From NCBI RefSeq assembly GCF_006345805.1, contig NC_042997.1:193688001-193752000 (forward strand): 64,000 bases of DNA, in the 5' to 3' direction. A program made the position numbers and the translations under genes. Positions 61,306-64,000 of this stretch are shown piece by piece (positions within the stretch are counted from its first letter, which is position 1; every line of letters starts with the position of its first letter). The stretch comes from Octopus sinensis. Taxonomy: Eukaryota. A model generated the notes under the pieces. It had not been told where the DNA came from. It was given only the letters and a program-made list of their open reading frames with translations, and did not search any database.

Positions 61306-62238
61306 GCTGTTGTTGGGCTGAAGTATTTTCTGTCCTTGGAGAAAATGGCCAGCCTTGAAGATAAGGGCCTCGCCTGTTTGTGCTAGGAATGATACTTAGT
61401 GGTAGAGTCGCCTATTTGGAGCGACTCTCAGGACTTCAATTAAGTGCTATTCGTATTTGTTCACTTTCCAGTAAGTTTTGCAAATTCTACGGTTTCTGTC
61501 ATGTTTTTCGCCTCGCCAGTCACGACATAACGAACAATCAGGACAGACGGTTTTAGGAGAAGATGAATTGCGTAACCAGTGGAAGGCATCCCTTCCGAAA
61601 CAAGTAAACAATTAGACATTCTAGTCCAGTCAAACAAAAATTAGGACAAGGCAAGACAGCCAAACAGTAATATAAATCCGAGGTGATGCAAGCTGCTTGA
61701 CTTTCCAGGGATAGCTTCCTCTTAGCTGATTTCTAGATGAGACTAACCACCCAATTCATAACTTCACTTAGTACTTGTCCAACAATGTGTTTCTCATCTG
61801 ATCCTTTTTAACAATAAAAGAAGCTGGCAAATTCATTAGCGCGTAGTACAAAGTATTTAGCGGAATTTCTTCCGACACTTGGCGTTCTGGGTTCAAATTT
61901 CGCCTAGGCTGACTTTGCTTTTCAGTTTTTTGCATTCAATAAAATAAGTACCTGTTAAGTAATGGGGGATGAGGCAATCGACTTACTGCTTCCCCTAAAA
62001 GCTGTTGTCTTAACGCTAAAAATGCGAAACCTTTATACATACATACATACATACATACATAGAAAGACAGAGACGCAAAACGCGCACACTAATATTTCTC
62101 TCCCTCCCACTCTCTTGCTCTCTCCCTCTTTCAATCTATCTATCTCTTTCTGCATACACAAGCAGACGCACGCATGTCTGCATACTGAGGTACGTATATA
62201 TATTATATAATATATATATATATATATATAATATAATA

Positions 62239-62446
62239 TCTATTATGTAAAATCGTTCTATCTGTGTGTGTGTCTTCTCGGATTTCGGGCGTCCTCCATC
62301 CGATTGCGCTCAAATTTAATATGTAGATACCGACGGTATCAGGGTATGTAAAAGTCTTGAAAAGATTACAAAAATCGATCCAGGTGACAATGCGATCGAT
62401 AAAGCATTTGTACGCACAAGTACGTGATAGAGCCATTTTAGCGCCA
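62239..62446 (+). mobile_element. 5' end of a non-autonomous Helitron-like element, cut by the assembly gap
   Basis: A|TCTATTATGTAAAATCG..TCTGTGTGTGTGTC..CATCCGATTGCGCTCAAATTT has the same 5' architecture as the 2847-3244 element. Confidence 0.55.
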
Positions 62447-62546
62447 NNNNNNNNNNNNNNNNNNNNNNNNNNNNNNNNNNNNNNNNNNNNNNNNNNNNNN
62501 NNNNNNNNNNNNNNNNNNNNNNNNNNNNNNNNNNNNNNNNNNNNNN
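62447..62546. other. Assembly gap (100 N)
   Basis: Directly visible. Confidence 1.
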
Positions 62547-62895
62547 GTATGTGTGCGCGCGCGCGCGTGTGTGTGTGTGTGTGTGTGTGTGTGAGGACTT
62601 TTACAAACAGCTTTATCGGCTTTTATTTTGTTATGGTGTTGCTTTTATATTCTGTGTCCTGCGGATCCTCAGCCGAAACGAAGTAGCATTACGATCTTCT
62701 GGATACAGCAAGCCTTCAGTCACTCCCTGCCATCTTAAACAAAGCAATCGTCACGGTTGGAACACCTCACATGATAGGTTTGCTCGTTCGGAATTGGTTT
62801 ACGATGAAACACTAATACAGAGTTTTGTTTTGCTGTAGTCCCTTGCTCACAAACTTCTCTTTTATAATAACACACACACGAGCACACACACACAA

Positions 62896-62943
<48 letters not shown>

Positions 62944-63336
62944 ACACACACATACACACACACACACATTATTTGCAAACAATTGACAGGTGCAAGCACT
63001 ACCAACTGAAAACACCGCATACCAGACACTAGCGGGCTTATGGAATCATTCAGGAGAGAATGCGCACCATTTTGAGGCCTTCCTGATACCGGCTCCACTC
63101 ACTGAGATGTGGTCCTGCTTGCTAGATCAATTGATTTCTATATGTGTATGGAACCCATCCACGGATTTAGTATATAGAATTGTGATGAACCATAACTTTG
63201 GACCCTGCCATAGGAATACTTGGAATTCTTCTCTAATCTGTGCCAACATATACCTTATGAAGTATTTTACCTGGATTGGTAATACCTCACTACTATCTCT
63301 CTCTCTCTCTCTCTCTCACTCTTTATCTATATATAT

Positions 63337-63375
<39 letters not shown>

Positions 63376-63448
63376 TGGATTATAAATATATATGTGTGTG
63401 CGCGTGTGTGTGCCTGCATGTATGTGTGTGTGTATTTTCCTATATGTA

Positions 63449-63688
63449 GGTAGTGTTTATCGACACTTTAAACTGGGTGTTCTCTAAGAGACAACGACAC
63501 TGTTATACCTGACAAACAAGTGCCCACCACTGACAAGATCCAATAAGATCGAAATCACGAAGCTAGGGTGATAGGAGTTATCTCCCGCACTGAATAAACC
63601 AGCTGAAGTAGATGTCTTCCTGAGGTTAAAATAGCAGTACTGTCGTCTCTTAGAAAGTACCCATGTTAAAGTGGCGATAAACACTACC
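63449..63688. mobile_element. MITE with ~58-bp TIRs
   Basis: GGTAGTGTTTATCGACACTTTAAACTGGGTG..CTAAGAGAC vs GTCTCTTAG..ACCCATGTTAAAGTGGCGATAAACACTACC; no TSD seen. Confidence 0.8.
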
Positions 63689-64000
63689 TTTTTTGGTTCA
63701 AATACTGCTCCTATCTCGAACAGAGATTTTCTAACGGACTATATATCGTTAGTTTAGACAAAAGTAGGAGTACTCGGTATAAATCATAGTTTAGAAGTTT
63801 AAAATATAACAAAACAAACAAGCTAACAGGTTTACTGCTCATAGACAGATTCAGAGTTTATTAGTGAAAATACGGTGTTTCACAAACTCATAGCAGCTTT
63901 GCTGAGTGGGTAAATGTAATTGAGGAAAATCTCATGTTCTTATCACGAAACTTAGAGACTGCCAAGAAGTAGTTTGTCATTTTGTATTTTTTTTGCACAC

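Overview
Eukaryotic, AT-rich, repeat-saturated genomic DNA. The tRNA-headed SINEs, the microsatellite load and the transposon mix suggest a coleoid cephalopod, probably Octopus (inference, not checked). No host gene can be supported with confidence; there is one candidate 129-nt minus-strand exon (33131-33259). Nearly all short ORFs in the track are microsatellite artefacts or antisense shadows. The real coding content is transposon-derived: an apparently full-length ~5.4-kb L1/Tx1-clade LINE (11833-17273), a 3' fragment of an R4/Dong-like RLE LINE, a 5'-truncated CR1 LINE with an open RT frame, two Tc1-like and two mariner relics, and a possible second Tx1-type ORF1 relic. Non-coding elements include dozens of SINEs (my working labels A, B, C, C', D), two Helitron-like elements, several MITEs/foldbacks, a near-perfect 146-bp-arm palindrome, a 1.4-kb tandem duplication and a 100-N gap. 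The best candidate for an undescribed system is centred on the Tx1 LINE. (i) It sits inside the tRNA-like head of a SINE-A copy, with a 9-bp TSD. (ii) It shares its 3' tail, including a small stem-loop, with the SINE-B family and with a third element in a (TATC)n tract. (iii) SINE-B units with that tail are chained at one identical nucleotide at two loci. All alignments were done by eye and repeat boundaries are approximate.
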